From a bacterium (lineage in GTDB: Bacteria > Bacteroidota > Ignavibacteria > Palsa-1295): a stretch of DNA of 64,000 nt. The notes under the pieces were generated by a model that worked only from the letters and a program-made list of their open reading frames with translations, had not been told where the DNA came from and ran no database searches. The position numbers were made by a program, and so were the translations under genes. The stretch spans positions 13,494-77,493 of the forward strand of contig JBAWZA010000011.1 in assembly GCA_037143335.1 (NCBI GenBank), written 5' to 3'. Positions 9,137 through 19,000 of this stretch are shown one piece after another; the stretch's first letter is position 1, and each line of letters opens with the position of its first letter.

Positions 9137-10051
9137 TTATGATTTGACTGCGCGAGTCAACTCTACTTCACTAAAAAAGTGTACAAACTCGCGCACATCC
9201 AATTCCTCCGCGCGGCGTTGCAAGTAATTCATCACAGCCTCCGACTGGCAACTCGCTACATATTCCTCAGCACTCAAGAAAGCCTTCAAGTTATTGCGAA
9301 GCATTTTTCTTCGCATCGCGAACATCGTACGCACAAATCGTTGAAATGTTTTTGAATCAAAATGTTGTGGCGCGGAGGTTTGCGATCTTGTAAAATAGTC
9401 CTGTCCGAAGTCAATACGAACGAGCGCTGAGTCCACATTCGGAACAGGGTTGAACGACCCCGCCTTTACCTTAAAGAGAAACTTCACTTCGCCGAAAAAA
9501 TTTGCAAGCACAGTCGGAATGCCGTACGCTTTGGTACGAGGAACGGCACTCAATCGTTCAGCAACTTCAAATTGAACTAAGAGCAGTGCCGATGAAATTG
9601 CATCCCGATCATCCATCAGCTTGAAAAGTATTGGGCTGGTGATGTAGTAGGGGATATTCCCAACTAACTTCACCTTCGAGCCGATTTCCATTGCAAGCCC
9701 ATGCAGATCGGCACCTAAAATGTCCTGATTTCGAACCTCGAATCTCGCATCATTAATTTCACTTTGCAAAAGGGAGATCGCACGGTTATCAATCTCGAAT
9801 GCGATAAGTTTTGCAAGTGGAAATGTAAGCAACTCTGTAGTCAATAAACCTGTACCCGGTCCAATCTCAACAACGGTTTCACCACTCACGATTCCAGCGG
9901 CGGAGGCAATTCTGCCCCGTGCCTTCTCGTCAACGAGAAAGTTCTGACCGAGTGATTTTTTTGCGTGGAGTGTTGGCAACTGAGAGTATTTGGATTGTTC
10001 AAAATTATTCGACACATCAGAACACGTTTCCCAAGCATTAAGATACCACAA
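9137..10051 (-). CDS. rsmA: 16S rRNA (adenine1518/1519-N6)-dimethyltransferase RsmA/KsgA
   Basis: Motifs KKSLGQNFLVDE, the SAM-binding VVEIGPGTGLLT and the NIPYYITSPI motif are present. The true start may lie downstream of the annotated first ATG. Confidence 0.85.
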   Translation of the reverse strand: MWYLNAWETCSDVSNNFEQSKYSQLPTLHAKKSLGQNFLVDEKARGRIASAAGIVSGETVVEIGPGTGLLTTELLTFPLAKLIAFEIDNRAISLLQSEINDARFEVRNQDILGADLHGLAMEIGSKVKLVGNIPYYITSPILFKLMDDRDAISSALLLVQFEVAERLSAVPRTKAYGIPTVLANFFGEVKFLFKVKAGSFNPVPNVDSALVRIDFGQDYFTRSQTSAPQHFDSKTFQRFVRTMFAMRRKMLRNNLKAFLSAEEYVASCQSEAVMNYLQRRAEELDVREFVHFFSEVELTRAVKS

Positions 10052-10096
10052 ATCATTGTGGGATTTTCATGGTAGTCCGTTGCGTTCTCTAATAGG

Positions 10097-13000
10097 ATGT
10101 CACTGTGTGAAAACTACGTACCAAGAACCATTGGACTACCCATTTGGACAGTTCTCTTGTTGGCTTTTTTTTCTTCGGAAAACTATGCCCAGCAAAAACT
10201 CGCGCACATCCAACCTGATGCTCTCGGTCCGGGGATGACTGTTGCAATGGAGATGCTCGCTCCCGCGGCAGATAGTGGTGCATTCGGTAAGGATGGGATT
10301 TATCTGCCTGAATCGAAAATATATTTAGAAAATCCATTTGATACACTCAGAGTATCATTTGGACCTGTCGTCGTCAGTTGGAAAGGCAGAGTTCTCCAAG
10401 TCCCTGTGATAACAAACCCGTACGCAGTCCCCGGCACGATACGATTCCAAATAATCATAGGAAATCTCAAGAGTAGGTCCACTTCATTTGAGATACGCCA
10501 GCCAATTCCGAAACTCAGTATCTTTGGTGGCGCAATTCTTGGTGACAATTCATTCGCACCATTTAGTTACTCAGGCTCCGGCAGTACGATTGTTGTTGAT
10601 GAAATAGATTTTCAGGGGAATAGTATGTTCGATCGCGGCTTTTATCGCTTTTTTACCGATGACGACGACCCGATTTTCGCTGGCAACCCTCACTACCATC
10701 CTGTTACGATTTTATCGAGAGGAGCAATTAGGTTTCGCAATTCCGAAATTTCTGTTTCTGCAGATTCACTCAACGGCGGTCCAGGCGGTGGTGGTGGTGG
10801 GCACGGTTGGCTCGGAACGGGGGGAGCAGGCTATTCGGGTGGAGGGAGCGACTCGGGTTACTCAACGGATAACATTGGCACAGGTGCTGCTTCTACCATC
10901 TTCACTGGTGGTGCGTCCTCGACAGGAGTGCTTGGGGGAAAGTGTTCGGATTCGATCAGCGATCAGGGCGGCGGCGGCGGCACAGGATGTCCTTATGGAT
11001 CGAGTGGATTGACGAGCAGTGGAAATGACAGTTCGGAATTCGGTGGATTTGGCGGTGCGTCCGCTGGCGGTGAATCGCCTGGAATACCCTACGGTGGCGG
11101 CGGTGGAGGATTTGCAACGAAAGGTGAGAAGGGTGCAGGGTTCGGGAATAATGGAGGCAAAGTCAACGGTGCAAGATTTCTCTTACCCATGCAAGGTGGC
11201 TCTGGAGGCGGATCCGGTAATCATGTATCAGATAAAGACTCAACAGCGGGTTCAGGCGGCGGCGGTGGCGGAGCAATCACAATAATCTCATATGATTCAC
11301 TCTATATACAAGGGAGCATCATCTCCGCAAATGGGAAAAGTGGTACATCGGGAATTTCGTCTGTTGACGCAGGTGGTGGTGGTGGCTCTGGCGGAGGAAT
11401 TTTGCTTTCGGCGAGGAATGGAATCTCAATCAATAACGGAGCGGTCATTGCTACAGGTGGAAATGGCGGCCATGGCGGACTTGGTATCGAACAAAAAAGC
11501 CAAGGGGGGGTGGGGGGTCTCGGATTAGTGAGGATGGATGGCGATGTGAGAATCACGGGAACACTCAACTACTTTACAGGTGTCAGTATTTCGGGTCCGA
11601 CACTTGCTACGAAAGCAAAATTTCAGAACGGCGCGCAAGTTGTCGTCGGCGGTACTGCCGGAGATTCGGCTGCACTTACTGATTCGATTCGAGTTTACTA
11701 TAGGAATCGGCATAGCGGTTGGAGCTTTATTGATACGCTCCGTTTCAAGAGTAATGGCAATTACCGATGGGAAGCCTTGATTCCTGCTGAACATGATTCG
11801 ACGCTTCTTGTAACCGCGATGGCGAAAATTCGCTCGCCGATGCATACATTTGCGAACTACGAACCAGATTATCTCATGTCGCATCTTTCCAGCGGAATCG
11901 TTGCCATGACAGCGTCACCGGATCTTGTACTCTCTCGCGATACTCTTGACTTCGGCTGTTTCAAAGCAGGCGATACATGCGTGAGAGCGAAACTCCACGT
12001 CTCAAATTTAGGAGAAGATAGTTTGCACATCCATTCTATCGTTTCGAATAATACAAGTTTCACCGTAACGCAAACATTGAACTCGTTGGGATATTATCAA
12101 ACCGATAGTATTGAAGTTACCTATTGTCCGAGCAAGATTGGTAAGGATACAGCAGTACTGACGTTCAATTCAAATGACACGGTCAAACATGCAGTTTTGA
12201 TTGGGTGCGGAATTGACAAAGATATTCGTATTATCTTCAAACCCTCGACAATTGATTTCATGAAGGTGCACGTTGGCAAGTGCGACACACTCTCCGTCAC
12301 TGCATATTCAATCGGGAAAGATACAGCACTTGTTTCGAGCAATACACTCTCTCATCCTCCATTCCAAATTATATCACCCACAACTCCCAAACGCCTTGGA
12401 CGGCAAGATTCATTAAAGATTCTCTTCTCCTTCTGTCCGCGTGATACGGGAGTTGCGCAGTCATCATTTATTTTTTCCGAGAAACGGGATTCTGTTTTAT
12501 TAAAGGGTCTCGGTGTCTTGAGTTTGCTCACGGCACAAGAAAATATTTTTGGCGATACACTGTGTTCGCAAGAATGCGATTCCTTTCGGATTAAATTCAT
12601 TTCCAGGGGGAATGAGTCTGTACATATTACCGGGATTTCTGGCGCATCCTTCGGATCGCTCGTTCTCCCGCACACACTTCCTCCGCATGTTGATACAGAG
12701 TATGTGATATACTATTGCGGGTCCCCACAGCATGACTCGCTGTTGGTTGTGCATTACGATAGCGATGCTGATTCATCGAATGAGACCGTGATTCACTACT
12801 TCGTCCAGCATCCGAAATTCATTTCCGATTCCGCACTTCACTTTAGCCAGATATGCGCACCCGCGAGAGATTCACTTCCATTCTCGATAGCAAGGACTGG
12901 AAACGATCCCATTACGATTACCTCGATCAAGTTGAAAAAAGGAATTCCGTTTTCGCTCGTCGGCAATGCATCACCGCAGATTGATTCCGTCCACCTTCAG

Positions 13001-14110
13001 CTTCTGTTCACGCCTCAGAGTAAGGGGGAATATAGTGATACATTAATTGCAACCGTTCATCTAAATGGTTGCGGAGATTCACTTGTCATCATTCCGATCT
13101 CTGCCTCGGCTGGTAGTTCTGATTTTATTTTTTCTAATACTACGCTAAACTTCGGACGCACCGACACAGGCTTGTGTATTTTCGACTCAGTTCTTATCAC
13201 GAATCCATGCTCGAATTCAGAACAACTGCTCATTCAACCATTGCACTCGCCGTTCGCATTAGTCACAAATGAATCGGACTCCATTGATTTTGCTGGTGAC
13301 GAGAATAAAATTCTCCATTTTAGTTATTGTCCAACGAAAGTAAACGTGGATTCTGAAACAGTTCTTTGGACTCTGCCTTCTGGTAAACAAGTTTCAATCG
13401 TGCTTCATGGGGAAGGCAGTGCACATGTTGATTCGTCACTTGTCAGATATAAACTCGAACGCATACTCGGTATCGCAGGGAAAGAATTTTCCTATCCGAT
13501 TGTGATAGATACAATTACTGCTTCGGTGAATTTACGGCATGTAACTGGCGAATTAAATTTTGATCCTCGCGTCGTTCGACCAATGTCAATGAGTGTTTCG
13601 AATTGGATTGTGGATTCAGGGAGCGAAACAACTCCAGGTACATTTAATTTTTCATTGCGAACAACTTCACAGCCTATTATTGGTAGCGTCATTGCCGCTG
13701 TGAATTTTTTGGGACTATATGGGCAACAAGACACAACATCCGTATATTTATCTAAAGTAGTAGATCTCGATTATTCACAGGTTAAAGTGATTAACGGATT
13801 TATCAAAGTTGCAAATTGTGGCACACTTCCTGGGAATATTATCGTAGCAGGAGATTATGTTCTCGGTAATCCAAATCCAAATCCTGCGATTGCGTTGCTC
13901 TCGGTTCCGATCACTCTTGGTGTTGACGGTGCATTGCGCATTCGCATCTATAATTTTGCGGGTGCGAAAGAACATGAGACTTTATTTCAACTCAGTCGTG
14001 GGGAGCATAACGTTTCAGTTGATGTTTCAACGCTTCCTACGGGAATGTATATCCTCAGCACTGATAGTTGGGGATGGCATGATGCGAAAATATTCATGAT
14101 TCAGAAATAA
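10097..14110 (+). CDS. Giant (1337 aa) secreted surface protein with glycine-rich low-complexity region, repeated Ig-like Cys-containing domains and a T9SS C-terminal sorting domain
   Basis: Signal-like N-terminus. The 10780-11530 region encodes long Gly runs. There are repeated ~100 aa modules with conserved Cys (LDFGCFKAGDTC..., IDFMKVHVGKCDTL...). The C-terminus LSVPITLGVDGALRIRIYNFAGAKEH...GMYILSTDSWGWHDAKIFMIQK matches a Por tail pattern. Confidence 0.6.
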   Translation: MSLCENYVPRTIGLPIWTVLLLAFFSSENYAQQKLAHIQPDALGPGMTVAMEMLAPAADSGAFGKDGIYLPESKIYLENPFDTLRVSFGPVVVSWKGRVLQVPVITNPYAVPGTIRFQIIIGNLKSRSTSFEIRQPIPKLSIFGGAILGDNSFAPFSYSGSGSTIVVDEIDFQGNSMFDRGFYRFFTDDDDPIFAGNPHYHPVTILSRGAIRFRNSEISVSADSLNGGPGGGGGGHGWLGTGGAGYSGGGSDSGYSTDNIGTGAASTIFTGGASSTGVLGGKCSDSISDQGGGGGTGCPYGSSGLTSSGNDSSEFGGFGGASAGGESPGIPYGGGGGGFATKGEKGAGFGNNGGKVNGARFLLPMQGGSGGGSGNHVSDKDSTAGSGGGGGGAITIISYDSLYIQGSIISANGKSGTSGISSVDAGGGGGSGGGILLSARNGISINNGAVIATGGNGGHGGLGIEQKSQGGVGGLGLVRMDGDVRITGTLNYFTGVSISGPTLATKAKFQNGAQVVVGGTAGDSAALTDSIRVYYRNRHSGWSFIDTLRFKSNGNYRWEALIPAEHDSTLLVTAMAKIRSPMHTFANYEPDYLMSHLSSGIVAMTASPDLVLSRDTLDFGCFKAGDTCVRAKLHVSNLGEDSLHIHSIVSNNTSFTVTQTLNSLGYYQTDSIEVTYCPSKIGKDTAVLTFNSNDTVKHAVLIGCGIDKDIRIIFKPSTIDFMKVHVGKCDTLSVTAYSIGKDTALVSSNTLSHPPFQIISPTTPKRLGRQDSLKILFSFCPRDTGVAQSSFIFSEKRDSVLLKGLGVLSLLTAQENIFGDTLCSQECDSFRIKFISRGNESVHITGISGASFGSLVLPHTLPPHVDTEYVIYYCGSPQHDSLLVVHYDSDADSSNETVIHYFVQHPKFISDSALHFSQICAPARDSLPFSIARTGNDPITITSIKLKKGIPFSLVGNASPQIDSVHLQLLFTPQSKGEYSDTLIATVHLNGCGDSLVIIPISASAGSSDFIFSNTTLNFGRTDTGLCIFDSVLITNPCSNSEQLLIQPLHSPFALVTNESDSIDFAGDENKILHFSYCPTKVNVDSETVLWTLPSGKQVSIVLHGEGSAHVDSSLVRYKLERILGIAGKEFSYPIVIDTITASVNLRHVTGELNFDPRVVRPMSMSVSNWIVDSGSETTPGTFNFSLRTTSQPIIGSVIAAVNFLGLYGQQDTTSVYLSKVVDLDYSQVKVINGFIKVANCGTLPGNIIVAGDYVLGNPNPNPAIALLSVPITLGVDGALRIRIYNFAGAKEHETLFQLSRGEHNVSVDVSTLPTGMYILSTDSWGWHDAKIFMIQK

Positions 14111-14117
14111 TTTTTTT

Positions 14118-15083
14118 ATGGAGTCACTTTCAACGTGGAAGCACGGGGTTGAACCGAACCGAATCGTTTTTGATGCGATGAAATCGGGCAGTTCGGCTAT
14201 CGAAGCACTTGAGATGGGTGCACGCTATTGCGAAGCTGATGAAACTTGCATGTCCGTTGGCAAAGGTGGCATTCCCGATGAGTTAGGAATTGTGTCGCTC
14301 GATGCATCCATCATGGATCACGATGGCAATTGCGGTTCGGTATCGTTCGTGCAGGAGTACATTCATCCGATTTCGATTGCACGAAGAGTAATGGAAAAAA
14401 CTCCGCACGTGATGCTCTCAGGCAAAGGAGCAGAGATGTTTGCCATGCGCGAGGGATTTGAAAAATCAAATTTGCTTACCGAAGCTTCCAGAACATTATA
14501 CGATAAATGGAAAGAGCTTCCCGAAAAATTGAATGTCAGGCTTCGCCATTCGAACGAGGACGAGAATGAATATACGTTCGAGTACACTGATGGCGGAGTA
14601 ACACGTGAACTACCGCGAGATCAGATGGTAAATGAATCACATGATACCATCGGACTCATCGCTCGCGATTCGAGTGGAAGACTCAGCGGAGCATGCACTA
14701 CATCTGGTCTTGCGTTCAAAATGCATGGACGCGTCGGTGACTCACCGATCATAGGAGCGGGACTTTATGTGGATGGAAACGTTGGTGCGGCAGTTGCAAC
14801 TGGCAACGGCGAACTTGTGATGCGTGCTTGCTCGGCATTTCACATTGTTGAACTTATGCGACAAGGACGTGAGCCGAAGGACGCACTCATCGAAGCTACG
14901 AAGCGAATCAAAGCTGATAAACATCTCACTGCTGATATGCAAATTGGATTTTTAGTTTTGCGAAGCGATGGACTGTGGTACGCAGCGAGCATCCGCGAAG
15001 GATTCCAATTCGTGGTAGCTTCTGATTCGCTTACAAATACACTTCATAATTGTGTGAATACAGAATTCTCACCAGTACAATGA
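14118..15083 (+). CDS. Ntn-hydrolase asparaginase-2 family: N4-(beta-N-acetylglucosaminyl)-L-asparaginase / isoaspartyl peptidase
   Basis: 321 aa. The HDTIGLIARD autoproteolytic Thr motif and the C-terminal GAGLYVDGNVGAAVATGNGE region are typical of glycosylasparaginase/plant-type asparaginases. Confidence 0.75.
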   Translation: MESLSTWKHGVEPNRIVFDAMKSGSSAIEALEMGARYCEADETCMSVGKGGIPDELGIVSLDASIMDHDGNCGSVSFVQEYIHPISIARRVMEKTPHVMLSGKGAEMFAMREGFEKSNLLTEASRTLYDKWKELPEKLNVRLRHSNEDENEYTFEYTDGGVTRELPRDQMVNESHDTIGLIARDSSGRLSGACTTSGLAFKMHGRVGDSPIIGAGLYVDGNVGAAVATGNGELVMRACSAFHIVELMRQGREPKDALIEATKRIKADKHLTADMQIGFLVLRSDGLWYAASIREGFQFVVASDSLTNTLHNCVNTEFSPVQ

Positions 15084-15814
15084 TAGCACTCATCACAGGC
15101 GCCGGTCGTGGCATCGGGAGAGAAATTGCAATCTCATTTGCATCGAAGGGAATTCATGTCATTCTTGTTGCACGAACGGAAACGGAAATAATTTCAGTCG
15201 CAAATGAAATTCGTAAATCGGGCGCAATAGCTACGCCGTTCCGATGTGATATTACAGATTCCAAATCGGTAACCTTACTCTATAGCGAGACGCAAAAAAT
15301 TGGCAAAGTAAATATTCTTGTCAACAATGCTGGCGTTGCACCCTCAGCAAAGATAGAGGACACTTCCGACTCACTTTGGGCAGAGACGTTCGCCACCAAC
15401 GTTGACGGTGCATTTTTCTTGATTCGGACATATCTCGCTGATATGAAATCCATCGGAGGCGGACGCATCATCAATGTTGCCTCAACAGCGGCACTTGAAG
15501 GATTTTCTTACAATGCCGCATACACTGCTTCGAAACACGCACTCATCGGCTTGTCACGCGCAGTTGCAAAAGAACTTGTTCGGTATAATATTTCCGTTAC
15601 TACTATCTGTCCTGGATTTGTCCGTACCACAATTTTGGATGAAAGCATTTTGAATATTGTACGCAAAACAGGCAAGACGAGCGAAGAGGCCGAGCTTCTC
15701 CTTGCAGCAATGAATACGAGTGGCTCAATCATCGAACCCAAGGCGGTTGCAGATGCAATTGTTGCCTCACTTGATGAGCCACTTGATCCGAACGGAAAAG
15801 AAATTCTGCTGTAA
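15080..15814 (+). CDS. Short-chain dehydrogenase/reductase (SDR) family oxidoreductase
   Basis: Start MIALITGAGRGIGREIA (TGxxxGIG Rossmann motif) overlaps the upstream stop as ATGA. The catalytic YTASK and NNAG motifs are present. Confidence 0.8.
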   Translation: MIALITGAGRGIGREIAISFASKGIHVILVARTETEIISVANEIRKSGAIATPFRCDITDSKSVTLLYSETQKIGKVNILVNNAGVAPSAKIEDTSDSLWAETFATNVDGAFFLIRTYLADMKSIGGGRIINVASTAALEGFSYNAAYTASKHALIGLSRAVAKELVRYNISVTTICPGFVRTTILDESILNIVRKTGKTSEEAELLLAAMNTSGSIIEPKAVADAIVASLDEPLDPNGKEILL

Positions 15815-16425
15815 TGCTTAATCCAAAGTTAGCATCACTTGCCAAACTATCCACTCTTGCTACAAAGCCGGAGTTCCGTATTCGGCTCGCTGCGGAATTG
15901 CAGAAAATCAAGAATGAGGGTATGATTTCAGCTGATGGAATCTATGAAGTATTCTTGCAAACATATTTATTTGTCGGATTCCCTGCGGCTCTGGAGTCGG
16001 TTCGAGCGTTAAGAAAAGTTTTTGGCACTCGAAATGACACCATCCCTCATGAGGCTGATCTTATCGCAGAGTATCCGTCCTTCGTGGAGAAAGGTACGGA
16101 GTTGTATCAGAAGGTTTACGCCACAAACGCAGAACGTGTCCGTGAGGAAATGATTCGGCTCAGCCCCGAGCTTGCGGCTTGGGCACTTGTTGAAGGGTAC
16201 GGCAAAACACTCTCGCGTTCAAAACTTGACTCCATCACCAGAGAGCTTTGCATAGTCGCATCGCTCACTCAACTCGGTTGGGATAGACAACTCTACTCAC
16301 ATATACTGGGTGCACGAAATGTGGGAGCGACTGGCGAAGAGATACTTGAGTGCGCAGCGATTGGGGCTGATGGCGATGCTAATAAATTTGCGACAGCCGA
16401 ACAACTAATCAAAAAAATTGTTTAA
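15814..16425 (+). CDS. Hypothetical protein, possibly carboxymuconolactone-decarboxylase-like
   Basis: 203 aa soluble all-alpha-looking protein. I do not see a clear CxxxH AhpD motif, so the family assignment is weak. Confidence 0.35.
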   Translation: MLNPKLASLAKLSTLATKPEFRIRLAAELQKIKNEGMISADGIYEVFLQTYLFVGFPAALESVRALRKVFGTRNDTIPHEADLIAEYPSFVEKGTELYQKVYATNAERVREEMIRLSPELAAWALVEGYGKTLSRSKLDSITRELCIVASLTQLGWDRQLYSHILGARNVGATGEEILECAAIGADGDANKFATAEQLIKKIV

Positions 16426-17674
16426 AGCGGCTCGATTCTACCAAATGCGCCGATACCTACTACTTTTCTCAGCTTTATTTTTTCTGGCTTGCTCAAAAGG
16501 CGAAGAGCCTGCAAAGCAGCTATCGAGCTTGACCTATTCGATGAACGGGGCAAGAGAAATTCCGAATATCGGCGTACCCTCCGAGGTTTCTTCGCTCCGT
16601 GTTGGTGATTCACTCGCTGGTTCGTCGAACGCTCCGTCATGTTTAGTCCCTATTCCCAATGATGCGAACGGACTCTACGCATTTGCCGAGGGTCCGACAT
16701 TACTTACAGGCACAGACCGATCATATAAGATCATCGCCGCTTTGCCCCAAGAAAAACCAATCATTCAGATATTGGCTGATGAGCAATCAATCTATGCTAT
16801 TCACCTTTCAGGTACTATTCATGCCTATACGCTTGATGGCAAGAAAAAATGGGATGTCACACAGAGTGTAATGTTGAGTTGTACTGCAGTAATCGCTCAA
16901 AATCTCTTAGTCGTTGCATCAGATTCTGCAATCACCTCATACGATCTTCAATCAGGAAGACGGTTGTGGAGCCACGAGATTACCGGATTTGGAAAAGCGA
17001 TGCTTTTTGACAAGAAAACCAATCTTATCGTCGTTGCCGGAATTGCTGAGAGAAATGGGAAGGAAAGTGATAGCCTCATTTGCTTTAGTGGTGCCGGCAA
17101 GATCATTTCAACTTGCTCGCTACCGTTTATGCGAATTGTCTCAAATTTGAGTTTGTGCGGTGAGAAGATGGATAAGATCGGATTTGGGTGTATTGAATTG
17201 CCATCGAGTGAGTCAGCTGTTCGGACGCTTCGCGTGGTAATCTATGATGGAATCGAAACTGGCCATCCAAAGCAAGTCAGTGTGCATGAAGTGCCGTATA
17301 TTCCGATGAATATTTCGTCGAATGGCGGGATGTTGCTGTCTTCTGGCTTTCGTGAGGATGAATCCGGCATTGATGCGTTCGCAAGCGATGATACACTTCA
17401 CCTTTGGCAACGCAGGTTTACCGAGCCAATGGTTGCACCAGTTGTGGTAAATGCAAAATATGCTTACTGTATTCAAAGTTTTGCGACTCAGGCACAGACA
17501 CCCTCAAAAAATATTTTCTACACGATTGATCTCTCTACAGGCAAGACGATGAGCGAGCTTCCAGTGACTGGTGCAAACTCTGGGGCGCTCCGTGGGATGC
17601 CGATGCCGATTGCGGGGAAAGCGTTTGCACTTTGTAGCCAAAGTAATTCAATGATCTATTTTCTGCGACCCTAA
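16418..17674 (+). CDS. Lipoprotein with PQQ-like beta-propeller repeats (BamB-like fold)
   Basis: Lipobox LFFLACS. Repeated 'hydrophobic...W' blade-like segments are present (KKKWDV, RRLWSHEITG, HLWQRRF). Confidence 0.5.
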   Translation: MFKAARFYQMRRYLLLFSALFFLACSKGEEPAKQLSSLTYSMNGAREIPNIGVPSEVSSLRVGDSLAGSSNAPSCLVPIPNDANGLYAFAEGPTLLTGTDRSYKIIAALPQEKPIIQILADEQSIYAIHLSGTIHAYTLDGKKKWDVTQSVMLSCTAVIAQNLLVVASDSAITSYDLQSGRRLWSHEITGFGKAMLFDKKTNLIVVAGIAERNGKESDSLICFSGAGKIISTCSLPFMRIVSNLSLCGEKMDKIGFGCIELPSSESAVRTLRVVIYDGIETGHPKQVSVHEVPYIPMNISSNGGMLLSSGFREDESGIDAFASDDTLHLWQRRFTEPMVAPVVVNAKYAYCIQSFATQAQTPSKNIFYTIDLSTGKTMSELPVTGANSGALRGMPMPIAGKAFALCSQSNSMIYFLRP

Positions 17675-17679
17675 CAAGA

Positions 17680-18582
17680 ATGAATGTTCTGAATAAAATT
17701 ATCGCTTCGGCTTTACCGATTGTTCCGAAAGGAATAGTACGGAAGGTAAGCGCGCGCTACATTGCAGGCGAGACGCTAGGGGAGGCAGTGAAGGTTGTGC
17801 GCAAACTGAATTCCGAAGGCGCAATGGCGACGATGGATGTGCTTGGTGAGTATATCACTTCCCTTGACCAAGCAAAGACCAATACTACTGAGGCTGTGGA
17901 TGTACTCCAAACGATCGAACGAGAACATATTGATTCAAATCTCTCGATAAAACTTACTTCTCTCGGGCTTGAGATTGCGCCAGATGAATGCGAAAAAAAT
18001 GTACGACTCATTTTAGAAGCTGCGAAAGCAAATGGAAATAATTTCGTTCGCTTTGATATGGAAAATTCTCCCTACACAACGCAGACTATTGAGCTATGCA
18101 AAAAATTCCGACGTGAGTACCGGACTGGCGTAGTGTTACAAGCATATATGCGTCGAACCGAAGATGACATTTTAGATCTTGTCGCTGACGGCGCAACAAA
18201 CATCAGACTCTGCAAAGGAATATACAACGAAGCACCAAGTATTGCATATAAAGATAGAAAAGAGATTCAACAAAATTTTCTGAAGTGCTTGGAATTAGCT
18301 TTCACAAAAGGGGTGTACGTTGGCATCGCAACGCATGACACCGTGCTTATCGAAGGAGCAAAAGAACTAATTACCAAACTTGGCTTATCACGTGATCAAT
18401 ATGAATTTCAGATGTTACTCGGAGTGCGTGAGTCAATCCGCCGGGAGTTGATCGGCGAGGGATTTCGTCTTCGCGTCTATGTGCCGTTCGGTGCAGATTG
18501 GTACGGTTACTCCGTTCGCCGCCTCAAGGAAAATCCTGCGATAGCGGGGAATGTGTTTAAGGCTATGTTCCAGAGAAGATAA
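17680..18582 (+). CDS. Proline dehydrogenase (PutA PRODH-domain family)
   Basis: 300 aa. VVLQAYMRRTEDD, YEFQMLLGVRE and VYVPFGADWYGYSVRRLKENPA closely match monofunctional bacterial proline dehydrogenase motifs. Confidence 0.75.
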   Translation: MNVLNKIIASALPIVPKGIVRKVSARYIAGETLGEAVKVVRKLNSEGAMATMDVLGEYITSLDQAKTNTTEAVDVLQTIEREHIDSNLSIKLTSLGLEIAPDECEKNVRLILEAAKANGNNFVRFDMENSPYTTQTIELCKKFRREYRTGVVLQAYMRRTEDDILDLVADGATNIRLCKGIYNEAPSIAYKDRKEIQQNFLKCLELAFTKGVYVGIATHDTVLIEGAKELITKLGLSRDQYEFQMLLGVRESIRRELIGEGFRLRVYVPFGADWYGYSVRRLKENPAIAGNVFKAMFQRR

Positions 18583-18605
18583 TTATTCACGAGCAAACGT
18601 AATTC

Positions 18606-18992
18606 ATGCAGTATCAAAAACATTTTTCCATCGCTGAAGCACAAGCCGAACTGCGGATTGTGATGCCCCTTATCCAGAAACTCGCTGAGTTAAAGAAAAT
18701 TTTGGATGCGCGTGGATATGATATCTATCATCACCAATACTTCGGCGGTATGGGACCAAATGGCTATGGCGTTTTTCCGCGTGAGATGGAGGAGCTAGTA
18801 GAGATTATCCGTGACCTTGCCGAAAGAGGAATCGAAGTGAAAGACCCAGGCAAAGGATTAATCGACTTCCCCCACATTCGAGCGAACGGCGATGAAGTCT
18901 ATCTGTGTTACATTTTGGGCGAACATGAAATAGTAGCATGGCATCCTCTCGAAGGAGGCTTCGCTGCACGAAAGTCTATTAATGAATTATAA
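18606..18992 (+). CDS. Hypothetical small cytoplasmic protein (DUF2203-like)
   Basis: 128 aa with no signal peptide. The pattern GIEVKD...GLIDFP...GDEVYLCYILGE..IVAWH resembles the DUF2203 family from memory; it cannot be verified here. Confidence 0.4.
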   Translation: MQYQKHFSIAEAQAELRIVMPLIQKLAELKKILDARGYDIYHHQYFGGMGPNGYGVFPREMEELVEIIRDLAERGIEVKDPGKGLIDFPHIRANGDEVYLCYILGEHEIVAWHPLEGGFAARKSINEL

Positions 18993-19000
18993 TTTTTTTT

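Noticed and set aside
10780-11530. Possible CRISPR or tandem-repeat array suggested by recurring GGCGGTGGTGG units
   Set aside because: The repeats are irregular in length and spacing. They sit in-frame inside a long ORF and encode glycine runs. There are no spacer/repeat periodicity or cas genes.
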